A stretch of DNA of 64,000 nt from Bacillota bacterium (GTDB lineage Bacteria > Bacillota > Sulfobacillia > Fermentithermobacillales > Fermentithermobacillaceae), in contig JBLNCN010000011.1 of the NCBI GenBank assembly GCA_050260675.1, positions 745,197 through 809,196 on the forward strand, given 5' to 3'. The first letter of the stretch is position 1. Every line of letters starts with the position of its first letter. The translations under genes and the position numbers were made by a program. Below are positions 46,246-56,555 of this stretch, in pieces. The notes under the pieces were generated by a model, which worked only from the letters and a program-made list of their open reading frames with translations, had not been told where the DNA came from and searched no databases.

Positions 46246-46298
46246 CCCCGTCGATGGAACAAGAACGGTAGACTTCACCATCAAAGTAATGACAGAAT

Positions 46299-46376
46299 CA
46301 GTAGCAGTGAGTCAGTAGCAGTGGATCAGTGGCAGTGAGTCAGTGGCAGTGAGTCAGTGGCAGTGGATCAGTAGTG
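46299..46376. repeat. Tandem array of a 14-bp unit CAGTRGCAGTGRRT, about 5.5 copies, abutting the GNAT gene start
   Basis: Direct reading gives cagtagcagtgagt / cagtagcagtggat / cagtggcagtgagt x2 / cagtggcagtggat / cagtagtgattgtg. Confidence 0.8.
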
Positions 46377-46398
46377 ATTGTGCTTGGGGGGCATTTAC

Positions 46399-47271
46399 AT
46401 GGACATCAAATACACAAAAGACGGCAAGAACATCAGGCTCCGTCTCGAAGAACCGGCCGATTATCGCGTTGTGGAGGAGCTCACCCGCGAAGCGTTTTGG
46501 GGGATGAGCCGTCCCGGCTGCGATGAGCACCTATTGGTACACAAACTTCGCAAGGCCCCCGCCTTCGTGCCCGAGCTCGACTTCGTAGCCGAGGTCGACG
46601 GCAAGATCGTGGGAAACATCATGTACTCCAAGGCTAAGGTTGTCGACGATTCTGGCGCCGAGCATGAGGTGCTTACGTTCGGCCCCATCAGCGTTCTGCC
46701 GGAGTACCAGTACAAGGGCATCGGCCAGGCGCTTCTGCGGCATACCATAGCCGAAGCCAGGCGGCTCGGGTACCGGGCTATCCTGTTCTTCGGTCACCCC
46801 GACTACTACCCGCGGGTAGGATTCAGAAGAGCAAGCGAGTTCAACATCCTGACGGCAACCGGGAGGAGCTTTGATGCGTTCATGGCCATGCCTCTCTTCG
46901 ATGGCGCGCTTGACGGCATCACCGGCCGCTTCCACGAAGATCCGGTCTTCAACGACCTGGATCCAGAAGAGGTGGAGGGATTCGACAAGGGATTTCCTCC
47001 AAAGGAGAAGCCCGATCTAGTCTCAATAGACGTACTCCTGGAGCAGCTGGAGGCTCCCGCCCAGGCTGCTATCCGCGACCACGGTATTAAGGTGCTGGCC
47101 TGGTTCAACCGTTTTAGCGGTCGGGAGATCGCTTCGTGGCCGGGGATCGACGAAACGGCAATAGCCGTCATTAACAAGACGCTCCAGGAGCACGGGTTAC
47201 CATCTAAGGTGTTCCCCACAGTAAGACGTAAGGCGCCAGGAACTGCCGGGAGCTGCTGGGTTCACGACTAG
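46399..47271 (+). CDS. GNAT-family N-acetyltransferase fused to a C-terminal helix-hairpin-helix / RNAP-alpha-CTD-like domain
   Basis: GNAT core VDGKIVGNIMY...YQYKGIGQALLRHTIAEARRLGYRAILFFGH. The C-terminal segment LVSIDVLLEQLEAPAQAAIRDHGIKVLAWFNRFSGREIASWPGIDETAIAVINKTLQEHG is HhH-like. The ATG at 46399 has a GGGGGG RBS. Confidence 0.7.
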   Translation: MDIKYTKDGKNIRLRLEEPADYRVVEELTREAFWGMSRPGCDEHLLVHKLRKAPAFVPELDFVAEVDGKIVGNIMYSKAKVVDDSGAEHEVLTFGPISVLPEYQYKGIGQALLRHTIAEARRLGYRAILFFGHPDYYPRVGFRRASEFNILTATGRSFDAFMAMPLFDGALDGITGRFHEDPVFNDLDPEEVEGFDKGFPPKEKPDLVSIDVLLEQLEAPAQAAIRDHGIKVLAWFNRFSGREIASWPGIDETAIAVINKTLQEHGLPSKVFPTVRRKAPGTAGSCWVHD

Positions 47272-48002
47272 ACCTCTCCGAGACCTCCGCCGACGAACTC
47301 CCTTATGGCCTGGCGGATGCATTCCGCGAGGTCTTGCTGGTAGGAGTGGGAGCCTAAGAGCCCTTCCTCCCGCGGATTCGAGAGGAAACCCAGCTCGACG
47401 GTGGCGGATGGAACGTTCGAGTGGTTCAGGATGAAGTGCTCCAGTTTGGCCGAGGCCTCGCGAGGGGTCTCGGTCTTCTCTTTCAGCCGTGCCTGGATCA
47501 GTTCCGCCAGGCGCTTGTTCTCCTTGTTCTTCGAGGAGTTGAAGAAGGTTTGGGCGCCCCACTCCGAGGAGTCGGTGAAAGCATTGGCGTGCAGGGAAAT
47601 GACAATGGTAGCACCGGTGGACTTGATGAGCCTTATGCGTTCTTCGACGTCGTCCTTGTCGTCGGTTTGCAGGTCGTAGTCGCCGGTGCGGGAGTAAACT
47701 ACCTTGGCCCCGTCCCTCTCTAACCGCACGCCCAAGTAGAGAGCTACGTTTAGAACGACGTCCTTCTCCAAGACCTCCCGGCCGCAAGCGCCAGGATCGA
47801 TCCCTCCGTGTCCGGGATCTATGTAGACGACTTGGCCGGCGAGTGGACCGGGTTGCGCCGCAGTAGGCAGTACCATCCGCCCAGCCACCCATGCCACCGA
47901 GAACACCAGGGCGGAGATGACTACTGCCAGGATGGTCTTCTTGGAGCTGACAATAAAAAGAGGCAGGCGGCCGCGCCTACCTCTACGTCTAGCCATGTGC
48001 AT
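47268..48002 (-). CDS. cwlD: N-acetylmuramoyl-L-alanine amidase (Amidase_3), germination-type CwlD
   Basis: The Amidase_3 signature VVYIDPGHGGIDPGA...ISLHANA...ATVELGFLSNP, a signal anchor, and a position next to rpsI as in Bacillus. Confidence 0.8.
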   Translation of the reverse strand: MHMARRRGRRGRLPLFIVSSKKTILAVVISALVFSVAWVAGRMVLPTAAQPGPLAGQVVYIDPGHGGIDPGACGREVLEKDVVLNVALYLGVRLERDGAKVVYSRTGDYDLQTDDKDDVEERIRLIKSTGATIVISLHANAFTDSSEWGAQTFFNSSKNKENKRLAELIQARLKEKTETPREASAKLEHFILNHSNVPSATVELGFLSNPREEGLLGSHSYQQDLAECIRQAIREFVGGGLGEV

Positions 48003-48068
48003 CCCTCACGCAAAGACGCGAACTCACAAAAGAACAGTACTCCTGAAGAAAGCGAGTTATTCTTCCCC

Positions 48069-48479
48069 TTAACGCTTGGAGAACTGCGGAGCTTTGCGGG
48101 CCTTCTTGAGACCGTACTTGCGGCGCTCCTTCATCCGCGGGTCGCGGGTGAGGAACCCTGCCTTCTTGAGCGAGGCGCGAAGGTTCTCGTCGACCACGAC
48201 GAGCGCCCTGGCCACGCCATGCCTGCAGGCGCCGGCCTGGCCGGATAGCCCGCCGCCCTCAACGTTCACGAAGAGGTCAAACTTGCCCTCGGTCTCCGTG
48301 AGTTTGAACGGAGCGACTACAGCCTGCTCCAGGCTGGGGTTCATGAAGTAGGACGACAGGTCCTTGCCGTTCACGTCGATTTTGCCGGTACCCGGAAGGA
48401 TCCTTACCCTTGCGACAGCGTTCTTACGCCGCCCGGTCGCGAAAACTGCTTCTGACAATACTACTCTCCTCCTTGCCAC
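48069..48479 (-). CDS. rpsI: 30S ribosomal protein S9
   Basis: C-terminal [18 protein letters not shown]. Confidence 0.95.
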   Translation of the reverse strand: MARRRVVLSEAVFATGRRKNAVARVRILPGTGKIDVNGKDLSSYFMNPSLEQAVVAPFKLTETEGKFDLFVNVEGGGLSGQAGACRHGVARALVVVDENLRASLKKAGFLTRDPRMKERRKYGLKKARKAPQFSKR

Positions 48480-48883
48480 ACGGACGGCTTCTGAGCCTCG
48501 TGAGGATGGGTCCCGCCCCTGTAAACGAAGAGGCGCTTCATGATCTTTCTGGAAAGACGGTTATGAGGGAGCATGCCCTTGACCGCGGCCTCGATGACGG
48601 CCCGCGGGTTCTTCTTAAGCATGACCTCGTAGGGGACGTACTTTGCCCCGCCCGGATAACCGGAGTGGGTGAAGAAGACTTTGTCCTTGGCTTTGTTGCC
48701 CGTGAGCTTCACTTTTTCAGCGTTCAATATGATCACGCTGTCCCCCGCGTCGACGGATGGCGTGTAAGTGGGCTTCAATTTGCCACGAAGGATGCTTGAG
48801 CACAGGGATGATAGCCTTCCGAGGGGCTTCCCTTCGGCGTCGATGATCCACCACTTTCTCTCGACCTGCCCGGGTTTAGCCAT
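48461..48883 (-). CDS. rplM: 50S ribosomal protein L13
   Basis: [26 protein letters not shown]...; start trimmed to Met 48883. Confidence 0.9.
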   Translation of the reverse strand: MAKPGQVERKWWIIDAEGKPLGRLSSLCSSILRGKLKPTYTPSVDAGDSVIILNAEKVKLTGNKAKDKVFFTHSGYPGGAKYVPYEVMLKKNPRAVIEAAVKGMLPHNRLSRKIMKRLFVYRGGTHPHEAQKPSVWQGGE

Positions 48884-48980
48884 GTACGACTCGGCCAACG
48901 TGAAAACCTCCTTGATGCTGCCAATGCAAGCAGTACTTATTCTAGCGGTGCACCTGGGCTGGGTCAAGAGTATCTGGTTT

Positions 48981-50375
48981 CTATCCGATTGCCTGGGAAC
49001 CCTTTACCGCATAAACATGGCGGAACTTGCCGCTCCGTGGGTCACGCTGAGGGGGCTCCGGCGCGCGGCTAATCTCGACGGACGTCAGGCCCTGCCCCGC
49101 GAGGAAGGCCTGCAGCCGCCCCTTCAGAACCGGCCAGACGAGGCCTTCGTCTCCCGCAGTCTTTGCTTCTAGTCTCACCGACAGTTCGACCGGCGATGTC
49201 TGGACCATCTGCACCCGGTAGAGACCAGGTGTCTCCTTGGCAACGGCAAACAGCGCGAGCGGCAGTACTCTGACGGCCTGGCCGTTTCCCGCTCGGAAGG
49301 AGAGGACATCGTCGGTGCGACCTTCGACCTGGATCCGGGGGAGTTTCGACCCGCACGGACAGGGCTCCGTGTTTATGGTAATCCGGTCACCGAGCTCGTA
49401 TCTGATGAACGGCTGTACGCGGTTCGCGAGGTTCGTCACGTAGCTTGTGTGGGATATCTCGCCGGGTTTCGACGGACGACCATCGACATCAACAGGCTCA
49501 ATGATCGCCCAGTCCGAATGCACGTGCATCCAACCGTGGCCGCAGTCGTAGGCTATCATGGGTATCTCCGAGCACCCATAACTGTTCCAGACCTTAACGC
49601 CGAAAGCTCCCTCGATCTCGCTTCGCACTTCATCCGACAGGTACTCGCCGCTGCTGATGATCATGGACGGTGATATGCGCAGCCTCCCGGCCCGCTTCTC
49701 GTCGGCGAGGAGTGCCAATCCGGTCGGGTAACTGGCAAGCCTTGTCGGCTGGTAATCGTTGAGCTGTCTCACAAGCTCCGAGATAGGCGTTAGGACCGAA
49801 AAGGCCTTTGACCTGCTGGCCCTAGCCGGATGCTCGCGCTCCCGGCGGGCAATCGAGGCTGCGGCGAGGAAGTGGCCGCCCGTGGCCCATACTCCCGCCG
49901 TCCGGTCCTTCAGCACCGACTTGCCGATGCCGCCGTGCTTCATCCAAACCGGCACGGTGCGAACCAGCGCGACCATCTTGACCACGGTGTCAAGCCCATC
50001 GTCATGAACGAGGATGGCGGGCACACCGGTCGAACCGGAAGTGGTGCAAACCATGTACTTGCCGGCATAGTGGATGCCCGCCAAGGACGGGTCGGACATG
50101 AACTTCTCAACGCCCTCTCTGGTGACCGCTGGGTCGGTCACCCAACGGTCGAAGTTGGCCATGAGCTCGGCTTTGGTGACTGGCGGCAACTGCGTTACAT
50201 CGGTTATGTTCTCTGGAATGTCGCGATATTTCTCGGCGTAGAAGGGGGAATTGGTGCGTGCAAAGGCCACGAGTTCCGAGAGCCGTCTACGCTGCCGCTT
50301 GGCGATCTCTTGGGGGCCGGCCTTGCTCACCCGCCACGCGTCCAGGGCAACCTTCAGGCCGCTTAGTTTCTCCAT
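48981..50375 (-). CDS. Adenylate-forming enzyme of the phenylacetate-CoA ligase / coenzyme F390 synthetase family
   Basis: AMP-binding motif TSGSTGVPA and a PaaK-like N-terminal domain. Confidence 0.7.
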   Translation of the reverse strand: MEKLSGLKVALDAWRVSKAGPQEIAKRQRRRLSELVAFARTNSPFYAEKYRDIPENITDVTQLPPVTKAELMANFDRWVTDPAVTREGVEKFMSDPSLAGIHYAGKYMVCTTSGSTGVPAILVHDDGLDTVVKMVALVRTVPVWMKHGGIGKSVLKDRTAGVWATGGHFLAAASIARREREHPARASRSKAFSVLTPISELVRQLNDYQPTRLASYPTGLALLADEKRAGRLRISPSMIISSGEYLSDEVRSEIEGAFGVKVWNSYGCSEIPMIAYDCGHGWMHVHSDWAIIEPVDVDGRPSKPGEISHTSYVTNLANRVQPFIRYELGDRITINTEPCPCGSKLPRIQVEGRTDDVLSFRAGNGQAVRVLPLALFAVAKETPGLYRVQMVQTSPVELSVRLEAKTAGDEGLVWPVLKGRLQAFLAGQGLTSVEISRAPEPPQRDPRSGKFRHVYAVKGSQAIG

Positions 50376-50486
50376 TGATCTATACCTCCATCGACTTCGG
50401 TCTCACCGGTCACTCTACAGGTGGGAGCCAGTGCGGTCGCCTATTGAAAGATAGGTTGGGAGGGTAGGTCTTGTGAGTTAGGGCTG

Positions 50487-53114
50487 TCAGTCGAGCAGGC
50501 GCATGTCCCTGGCACGCGCCACCGCCTGAGTGCGGCTTGCGGCCCCGAGTTTAGAGAGGATGTTGTGGATGTGCCACTTGGCAGTGCCTTGCGTGACAAA
50601 GAGCCGCGTCGCTATGTCCTGGTTCGATAACCCGTCCGCCATAAGCCGGAGGATCTCCAACTCGCGGTCGCTCAGCAGCCCTTGCCTGGGCTGCTGTTCT
50701 TCGCTAGTTGCCGTGGGCGATGAGAGCCGCGACCGAAGTTCCGCCGCGAACTCCCCGGAAGCCCGCGATAGTACAGGGATGATGCGACGTCCCTCATCGA
50801 GGAAGCAGCGCCGGAACCCGGTCCGCTCGGCAAACGCCAGCGCCGTCTCCAACACTTGGGTTGAAGAGGCGGCGTCGCCCATCGACCTAAGGGCGATAGC
50901 TTGGACGACTCTCACACGAGTTGCCCACCCCGGGCATGCAGCATTCTCAGCAGTCTCCAGGAGACGCTTGAGGTAGGTGACTGCCTCATCCGGTCTCTCG
51001 AGGGCTACGAGCGCTCGGCCCAGCGTGAGTTGCTCGAAGACAAGTCGCGGACTCGGAGTTGCCGTCAAATCGCCCTGGGACACCCATTCCCTCACCTCCG
51101 CCGTGTCTCCCCGAGCAAGAGCGAGATGGATCCGCGCCGCCTGAACCAAGCTAAGAAGAGGTTGGCGGGCGTGTCTGCACGCCGCCTCGGATGCCTCGTC
51201 GACACACGCAAGCGCCTGCGCGAGATTGCCCTGCGACGTCATAACTCGGGATAGGGTCACGAGGGCGTGGACCGTAGCCTCGATGTTGCCTAGCGGCCGG
51301 CAGCAGGCGACCCCATCCACGGCGTGGTGGCGGGCCTCGTCCAACCTGTCCAACTCCAGGAGGACCTCGGATAGCCAGGTGTGTCCAAGGGAGGTGACGG
51401 GAAGATGAGAGCCACCTTCTTCGGCGGCGATCTGGAGGGCGCGCTCGAAGACATCCACTGCTCGCTGCAGTTCTCCCTGAAGGGCGTGACACCGCGCGAC
51501 GTTGAAAAGCGCGGCGGCGGCCTGGAACGGGTGGTCTTCGCGCAGACTGGATTCGGCGTACGATGCAAATGATTCGGCGGCCACTCTGACGCTTCCGGCC
51601 AGCCATGACGACCAGCCAAGGGTCATTGAAGCCAGGCCCCGCGAGCGCCAATCATCCGGTAGAGCTTTGGATAAGGCTTCCCGCGCGAGCGACATAGTGC
51701 CGGAAATATCTCCCGCTTGGAGCGCCAGTGAGGCCCGTATCGCGGCGATCTCGGCTCGATGGCCGGTCTCATGCTCGTCAAGAGTCTGTTCAATCGACCT
51801 CAGTAGTTCCACTAGATCCGGAGACGACCCGGTGGAGATAACCTTGGCCCAGGCGTAGGCCAACGCAAGCGACGGCCTGGCCTGAAGCTCGCGGGCGGGC
51901 AAAGACGTGACCCAGTTCAGGAGTCCGTTAACCTCGCCATGGGAGAGCAGTTCACGGCTGATCGCCTGAAGCGCGTCCGCGGCACTGCTGAACTCGTGAG
52001 CCAAGAGCCAGTATTGGATAGCCTGCCGCTTCTCCCCGACTGCATAGGCCCAAGCGGCTGCTTTCCGGTAGATCTCGAGGACTCCGCCAGGGCGTGTCCT
52101 CTGGAGCCAACCCTTCAGGAATTCCCCAAAAAGCCAATGGTACCTGAACCACTGGCGGTCACCGTCCAGCGGAACGATGAACAGGTTTGCCCGCTCTAGC
52201 CGCTCAAGAGTCGCCTGTCCGTCTGTCCGACCCGTGACGGCGTCACAGAGTGGGCCGCAGATCCGTTCCAGGAGGCAGGTCTGCAAAAGGAACTCCTGCG
52301 TGTCCGCAGAGCAGTTCCGAAAGACTTCCTCAGCTAGGTAATCGAACAGGTAGCGATGACCACCACCAACCAGATCGGCCGCCTCGCGGAGGTCATCTGT
52401 CGCGTCCGCCGAATCCCGCAGGGCAAGGGTAGCCAACTGAAGTCCGGCAGCCCAACCCTCAGTTCGCTCTATCAGGAGACGCACTGTTCGATCGGGTAGA
52501 GTCACGCGCATGGTCTTTCGAAGGAATTGAGTTGCCTCTTCGACGTTGAAGCGTAGGTGGTCTCCACGGATTTCGATCAGTTGACCCCGAGCGCGCAGGC
52601 GTGCCAAAGGCAGCTGGGGATCGTTCTGAGACACTATAACGAGGTGCACCTGAGGCGGGACGTGCTCCACCACGAAGGCAACCAGTTGCCGGATCTCCTC
52701 GGTCTCGGCGAGATGATAGTCATCGAGCACCAGAGTAAGGTCGTGACGGAGGAGGGCCAGATCATTCACGAGCGCCATACCTACTTCGAGAGGTGACCCT
52801 CGCCCCGAAGAGTGGAGTACGCCTACGGCGTCCGCTCCGATACCAGGCTCGACCCTCTGCAGTGCCGCTGCAACGTAGGCAGTGAACTGTGCTAGCGAAC
52901 CGTCGCCGGCATCGAGGCTTACCCACGCCACGTCGCCGCGCCCGGCGCTGTACTGGGACACTGCGGTGGTCTTGCCGGATCCTGCAGCGGCACACAGAAG
53001 CGTGAGCAGGCGACCTTGGCCTTCCTGAAGGCGGGCCATGACACGTGGCCTGCTAACCCAGGCTTTGTTCGCTGAGGGGACCGTCACTTTGGTGACGGTC
53101 AGGGCAGTATGCAT
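50487..53114 (-). CDS. MalT-like LuxR-family STAND regulator (P-loop NTPase + TPR + C-terminal LuxR HTH)
   Basis: LLCAAAGSGKTT, LVLDDYH and a C-terminal LSDRELEILRLMADGLSNQDIATRLFVTQGTAKWHIHNILSKLG. Start at Met 53114 (track 53174). Confidence 0.85.
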   Translation of the reverse strand: MHTALTVTKVTVPSANKAWVSRPRVMARLQEGQGRLLTLLCAAAGSGKTTAVSQYSAGRGDVAWVSLDAGDGSLAQFTAYVAAALQRVEPGIGADAVGVLHSSGRGSPLEVGMALVNDLALLRHDLTLVLDDYHLAETEEIRQLVAFVVEHVPPQVHLVIVSQNDPQLPLARLRARGQLIEIRGDHLRFNVEEATQFLRKTMRVTLPDRTVRLLIERTEGWAAGLQLATLALRDSADATDDLREAADLVGGGHRYLFDYLAEEVFRNCSADTQEFLLQTCLLERICGPLCDAVTGRTDGQATLERLERANLFIVPLDGDRQWFRYHWLFGEFLKGWLQRTRPGGVLEIYRKAAAWAYAVGEKRQAIQYWLLAHEFSSAADALQAISRELLSHGEVNGLLNWVTSLPARELQARPSLALAYAWAKVISTGSSPDLVELLRSIEQTLDEHETGHRAEIAAIRASLALQAGDISGTMSLAREALSKALPDDWRSRGLASMTLGWSSWLAGSVRVAAESFASYAESSLREDHPFQAAAALFNVARCHALQGELQRAVDVFERALQIAAEEGGSHLPVTSLGHTWLSEVLLELDRLDEARHHAVDGVACCRPLGNIEATVHALVTLSRVMTSQGNLAQALACVDEASEAACRHARQPLLSLVQAARIHLALARGDTAEVREWVSQGDLTATPSPRLVFEQLTLGRALVALERPDEAVTYLKRLLETAENAACPGWATRVRVVQAIALRSMGDAASSTQVLETALAFAERTGFRRCFLDEGRRIIPVLSRASGEFAAELRSRLSSPTATSEEQQPRQGLLSDRELEILRLMADGLSNQDIATRLFVTQGTAKWHIHNILSKLGAASRTQAVARARDMRLLD

Positions 53115-54003
53115 TGGGCCGGATACCTCCGCGATGTTCAACGGATGCCTCCAGAGTGTAGCTGACGGCCTCAAGACACAGTCCCTTTCCGGGCGCGCAG
53201 GTGCCTATCCTGCACTCGCCGGGGTTAAGTAGGGCAGTTTTGACGGTACCGGAAGGCAGGTGGCCTCTTCCGATGTCCAGAAGCGTTCCAACCAGTAGGC
53301 GGACCATCTTGTACAGAAACCCGTCGGCCGCCACCCAGAACTCCCACAGAGCGTCCGGGTGCCCGTCGACTTCCCTCCGAACCCACTCGGCCCGGATCAC
53401 CTCGCGTACGGTTGTCGTGGCCGAAGACCCTTCCGCCCGGAACGAGAGGAAGTCGTGCTTCCCAACGATTGCCGCAGCCTCGGCCGCCAGCAGGTCGAAG
53501 TCCACGTGCCACGGGTGCCAGTGGGTGTACCTGGTCCAGAAGATGTCCTGCTCCGGCAGTCTCCACAGGCGGTAGCAGTACGTCTTTGACGCCGCATCCG
53601 ATTGCGGATCAAAATCACCTGCAACGTCCTCGGCAGGACCCAGGAGCACGTCGGTCGGCAAAAACGCCCTTATGGCCCTGGGGAGCCGCACAGCCGGCAT
53701 CGTGCTGGACGTGGTGAAAGATATGACCTGCCCGCGGGCATGCACTCCCGCGTCCGTCCGTCCGGATGCCTTCACGGTAACCGGATGGCCCAGGAGTTGC
53801 TGGAGCGCCTCTTCCAAGACAGACTGCACCGTCCGCTCACCCGGCTGGCGCTGAAACCCGGCGAAATCCGTTCCATCGTACTGCACAACTGCCTTAAGCC
53901 GCCTCCGGACCAGCCCCTTAGTCGCTGCGGCCCCGACAGTAGTCGGGGTCGTCGCCCCTGAGTGGCTGCTCGGCGAACTCCAGACCGACGGGCGACCGTC
54001 CAC
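53053..54003 (-). CDS. truA: tRNA pseudouridine(38-40) synthase TruA (start codon uncertain; track ORF probably about 30 aa too long)
   Basis: AVVQYDGTDFAGFQRQPGERTVQ ... RTDAGVHA ... YKMVR. Confidence 0.8.
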   Translation of the reverse strand: MDGRPSVWSSPSSHSGATTPTTVGAAATKGLVRRRLKAVVQYDGTDFAGFQRQPGERTVQSVLEEALQQLLGHPVTVKASGRTDAGVHARGQVISFTTSSTMPAVRLPRAIRAFLPTDVLLGPAEDVAGDFDPQSDAASKTYCYRLWRLPEQDIFWTRYTHWHPWHVDFDLLAAEAAAIVGKHDFLSFRAEGSSATTTVREVIRAEWVRREVDGHPDALWEFWVAADGFLYKMVRLLVGTLLDIGRGHLPSGTVKTALLNPGECRIGTCAPGKGLCLEAVSYTLEASVEHRGGIRPNAYCPDRHQSDGPLSEQSLG

Positions 54004-54005
54004 GG

Positions 54006-54833
54006 CTACAGCGCCTTCGGGACGACGGGCCCGAACCGGATTCTCAGGAATATCACTCCGGCCGTTATCGCGATCACCAGGACAAACGCCATATAGTCCC
54101 TGGCGTGCAGGCGGAACTGCCTCATCCTGGTCCTACCCTCTCCACCCCGGTAGCAGCGGGCCTCCATGGCCATCGCCAGGTCGTCAGCGCGGCGGAAAGC
54201 GCTGACGAACAGAGGCACAAGCAGGGGCACAAGGCTTTTTGCCCTCTTCACCATGTTTCCCGATTCGAAATCCGCGCCCCTGGCCATCTGGGCCTTCATG
54301 ATGCGCTCCGCCTCTTCCAAGAGAGTCGGGATGAAGCGAAGAGCGATGGTCATCATCATGGCCAACTCATGAGCCGGGACGCCGAGGCGCGTGAAGGGCT
54401 TCAGCAGGTCCTCCAAGCCGTCCGTCAGCTCGATTGGCGAAGTCGTCAGCGTGAGGAGCGACGTGAACATGATGAGGATGACAAGGCGGACGCCGATGAA
54501 CAGGCCCTGCACCAGCCCCGACCAGGTAGCGGTGACAGGCCCGATTTTGAACAGGGCCGGCCCCGGGGTGAGGAACAGGTGCAAAATGAGCGTGAAAGCC
54601 ATTATGAACGCGATGGGACGAAGCCCCCGGAGCAGAAGCGCCGGAGGGACTTTCGACATCGCCGCAGCGAGGAAGGCGAAGGCCCCCATCACTATGAAAG
54701 CGTAGAAGTTGTTGCCCAGGAACAGGACCACCATAAAGATGACGGCGATGGCGATCTTCGCCCGGGGGTCCATGGCGTGGACGGGCGACTCTACCGGATA
54801 GTACTGGCCCATGAGGACTCCGCTGGACATCAT
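54006..54833 (-). CDS. ecfT: Energy-coupling factor transporter transmembrane component EcfT
   Basis: CbiQ-like polytopic protein following the two ECF ATPases. Confidence 0.85.
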   Translation of the reverse strand: MMSSGVLMGQYYPVESPVHAMDPRAKIAIAVIFMVVLFLGNNFYAFIVMGAFAFLAAAMSKVPPALLLRGLRPIAFIMAFTLILHLFLTPGPALFKIGPVTATWSGLVQGLFIGVRLVILIMFTSLLTLTTSPIELTDGLEDLLKPFTRLGVPAHELAMMMTIALRFIPTLLEEAERIMKAQMARGADFESGNMVKRAKSLVPLLVPLFVSAFRRADDLAMAMEARCYRGGEGRTRMRQFRLHARDYMAFVLVIAITAGVIFLRIRFGPVVPKAL

Positions 54834-55711
54834 AAAGCCCGCTCCGCCCCCTCTGCAGTCCGCCCTTTTTGGCCCAATTCCCTCACGATCTCCCCAAATG
54901 CTTCTTCTACGTTGACGATGTCGGTGCGGACGCTAAATCCCCGCTCCCGCAACCGTTCCATTAGGGAGACCACGTCCGGCGCGCGCAGGCCCACCTCGGC
55001 GATGAACTCTGCCCTTGAGAAGATATCCCGGGGAGTGCCGTCAGCGACCAGGCGGCCCTTGTGCAGGACCAACAGCCTCTGGCACAGCCGGGCGACGTCC
55101 TCCATGTTATGAGAGACCAGGACGACAGTCATGCCAGCCCTATGCATTTCGCTGACGTAGGAAAGCAGATCGTCCCTGCCTTTGGGATCAAGTCCCGCCG
55201 CCGGCTCGTCCAGCACCAGAACGCTGGGCTTCATGGAGACCACGCCTGCTACCGCGACCCTGCGGAGCTGCCCTCCCGAGAGCTCGAAGGGCGACCTCGA
55301 GAGCATCTCGTCGGAAAGCCCGACCATCTCGGCCGCGGCCTTCACTCGCTCCCTGACCACTTCGTCGGGAAGCCCCTGGTTGCGGGGCCCGAACGCGATG
55401 TCCTCCCATACCGTCTCCTCAAACACCTGCTGCTCGGCGTACTGGAACACCAATCCGACCTTCTGCCTAAGGGAACGCAGGTTCCGCCCCTTCTCCCAGA
55501 TGTCGACGTCGTCCACCAGGACCGTGCCGGATGTGGGCTTGAGGAGCCCGTTGAAATGCTGGATCAAAGTCGACTTTCCGGACCCTGTGGGCCCGATAAG
55601 CCCGACAAACTCGCCGTCCTCTATCCGGAAACTCACGGATGAAAGGGCGGTAGATTCCGAGGTCGAGCCCCGGTTATATATGTGGGTCAGTTCCCTGACT
55701 TCAATCGGCAT
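54830..55711 (-). CDS. ecfA2: ECF transporter ATPase EcfA2
   Basis: Walker [13 protein letters not shown] signature [12 protein letters not shown], Walker B LVLDEP. Confidence 0.85.
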   Translation of the reverse strand: MPIEVRELTHIYNRGSTSESTALSSVSFRIEDGEFVGLIGPTGSGKSTLIQHFNGLLKPTSGTVLVDDVDIWEKGRNLRSLRQKVGLVFQYAEQQVFEETVWEDIAFGPRNQGLPDEVVRERVKAAAEMVGLSDEMLSRSPFELSGGQLRRVAVAGVVSMKPSVLVLDEPAAGLDPKGRDDLLSYVSEMHRAGMTVVLVSHNMEDVARLCQRLLVLHKGRLVADGTPRDIFSRAEFIAEVGLRAPDVVSLMERLRERGFSVRTDIVNVEEAFGEIVRELGQKGRTAEGAERAL

Positions 55712-56544
55712 ATCTCTTCCACCAGTTCCTGAACCGATAGGGCGTCGGGAGCGACGGGGTATCCGGCGGCAACCAGCATCGCCGACAGCTTCCCCAAAGG
55801 AGGAACGTCCAGCCCGAGCGCCAGGAGCTCATCTTTGTTCTTGAACACTTCCTTGGGAGGCCCCTGCATCAGGACCTTGCCCTGGTCCATGACCACTACT
55901 CGGTCGGCATAGAGCGCCTCGTCCATATAGTGGGTTATGTGGATCACCGTAATCCCGTGCTTGCGGTTCAGATCGAGCACGGTGTGCATGACCTCTTCCC
56001 GCCCGCGCGGGTCCAGCATGGCCGTGGGCTCGTCCAGGATAATGCACCGGGGCCGCATGGCGAGCACGCCGGCAATGGCGACCCGCTGTTTCTGACCCCC
56101 TGAGAGAAGGTGGGGAGCGTGTCGCCGCATGTGGAGCATGTCCACTGAGGTAAGGGACTCCTCGACTCGTTCCCGGATCTCCGCGGGAGGGACCCCCAGG
56201 TTCTCGGGCCCGAAAGCCACGTCTTCCTCGACCACCGTAGCGACGATCTGGTTGTCCGGGTTCTGGAACACCATTCCCGCGGATCGCCTGATCTCCCAGG
56301 TGTACTTCTCGTCCTTGGTGTTCATGCCAAATACAAGCACATCCCCGGACTCCGGCAGGAGAAGGACGTTAAAATGCTTAGCCAGGGTAGATTTGCCTGA
56401 CCCGTTTGGGCCGATGACCACAAGGAACTCGCCTTGTGACACCTCTAAATCCACCCCGGCCAACGCCGTTACTGTTTCCTCTTCTCCGACCAGGTACCGG
56501 TGATAGAGCGATTTTGCCTCTAGCTTGCCGGTGTTCTGGGCCAT
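55687..56544 (-). CDS. ecfA1: ECF transporter ATPase EcfA1
   Basis: [28 protein letters not shown]. Confidence 0.85.
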   Translation of the reverse strand: MAQNTGKLEAKSLYHRYLVGEEETVTALAGVDLEVSQGEFLVVIGPNGSGKSTLAKHFNVLLLPESGDVLVFGMNTKDEKYTWEIRRSAGMVFQNPDNQIVATVVEEDVAFGPENLGVPPAEIRERVEESLTSVDMLHMRRHAPHLLSGGQKQRVAIAGVLAMRPRCIILDEPTAMLDPRGREEVMHTVLDLNRKHGITVIHITHYMDEALYADRVVVMDQGKVLMQGPPKEVFKNKDELLALGLDVPPLGKLSAMLVAAGYPVAPDALSVQELVEEICRLKSGN

Positions 56545-56555
56545 TCCTCTTGTGC

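Noticed and set aside
54105-55112. 335-aa plus-strand ORF
   Set aside because: Antisense to ecfT/ecfA2. His/Arg-rich with no domain signature.
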